Below, one piece after another: positions 63,425-64,000 of a stretch of 64,000 bases of DNA. Each line of letters starts with the position of its first letter. Within the stretch, counting starts at the first letter, position 1. The notes beneath the pieces were generated by a model, which saw only the letters and a program-made list of their open reading frames with translations, did not search any database and had not been told where the DNA came from. The DNA comes from an uncultured Candidatus Saccharibacteria bacterium (GTDB lineage: Bacteria > Patescibacteriota > Minisyncoccia > Phycocordibacterales > SBAW01). The DNA lies in NCBI GenBank assembly GCA_964349675.1, contig CAYGHD010000002.1, positions 4,012 to 68,011 of the forward strand, given 5' to 3'. The position numbers and the translations under genes are program-made.

Positions 63425-64000
63425 AAACAACTGCTCGTGTCGGTGCTTTTGTGGGAGGCGCGGCTGGTGGTGCGTAAGTATCGGCCGCGTATCGTGGCGG
63501 TGACCGGGAGCGTGGGAAAAACAGGGACAAAAGATGCAATCTTTTCAGTCCTTGCAGGGAATTTCCACGTACGCAAAAGCGACAAAAGCTTTAACAGCGA
63601 AATCGGCGTGCCACTTACTATCTTGGGTTGCCCCAATGCGTGGAACAATCCCCTGCGATGGCTGCAAAATATCATCGATGGTCTGCTGCTCTTAGCGCTC
63701 CCAACCCGTTATCCCGAATGGCTTGTGCTTGAAGTGGGTGCTGATAGACCCGGGGATATCAGCTCTTTGGCGAGTTGGCTGCCCGTTGATGTGGCAGTGA
63801 TTACACGCCTACCAGAGGTGCCAGTGCATGTAGAATTTTTTGATTCTCCAGCAGAGGTAGTGGCTGAAAAAGCATCGTTGATTGCTGCGCTTAAAAAAGA
63901 TGGTTCGCTGGTGTTGTATGGAGATGATGCGCAAACTCGCGAGCTTGCAGCTTTGGCACAAACAAAAGGCAATCCGGTGTATTTTTTTGGGTTGCAGACA
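63425..64000 (+). CDS. murF: Mur ligase family protein (MurF/MurE-like), 3' partial with unusually short region before the P-loop
   Basis: IVAVTGSVGKTGTKDAI P-loop about 25 aa from the earliest possible start. No ATG in frame after the stop at 63395-97, so the start is probably TTG or GTG. Continues past the window. Confidence 0.6.

Noticed and set aside
1-64000. CRISPR arrays, rRNA genes, transposases/integrases
   Set aside because: No regularly spaced direct repeats with unique spacers were seen. No rRNA-like conserved blocks were seen. No recombinase or transposase motifs were found in any frame, including within the tRNA-flanked island.

Overview
This 64 kb window is a bacterial chromosomal segment with about 55-60% GC. 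The organism is a monoderm-type bacterium, most likely a Patescibacteria/CPR-like lineage, but that placement is uncertain. Supporting hints are a short 432-aa RpoD without the proteobacterial insert, a class I LysRS, a ProRS without the editing domain, a DUF5679-like zinc-ribbon peptide, two mreB paralogs and compact housekeeping genes.

The backbone is housekeeping: dnaG(3' end)-rpoD, hisS, truB, nrdB/nrdA, uppP, fmt-def, murA, mreB, nth, frr, rseP, proS, a second mreB with mreC-mreD-mrdA, greA, lysK, and mraZ-rsmH-ftsL-ftsI-murF.

Four accessory or unusual regions are embedded in it.

1. A 1930-aa secreted SpvB/FG-GAP/RHS (Tc-toxin B-C-like) polymorphic toxin. Its AT-rich C-terminal toxin tip and downstream small membrane immunity candidate are both low in GC, and an orphaned duplicate of the RHS core junction lies just downstream.

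2. A minus-strand operon: RpoH-like sigma, a 64-aa Cys-rich peptide, a long coiled-coil membrane-fusion protein, an RND permease, then a DedA protein.

3. A tRNA-Asn(GUU) gene interrupted in the anticodon loop by a 230-nt IC3-type group I intron. Its 3' end is repeated as an 18-bp direct repeat 6.5 kb downstream. The repeats bracket an island-like block carrying a truncated m6A DNA methyltransferase, CFA synthase, SGNH hydrolase, RdgB, an orphan MqsA-like regulator, an inositol monophosphatase and a NUDIX hydrolase.

4. A family of about 100-bp intergenic repeats with three copies. Each has a terminator hairpin followed by a conserved block that contains a sigma-54-like GG-N10-GC motif and a perfect palindrome.

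Smaller points of note are a bacterial SET-domain protein, an ATP-grasp (CphA-N-like) enzyme with a zinc ribbon, a histone-H1-like basic N-terminal tail on RpoD, an MraZ operator array, and a consensus sigma-70 promoter driving a small ORF between nrdB and nrdA.
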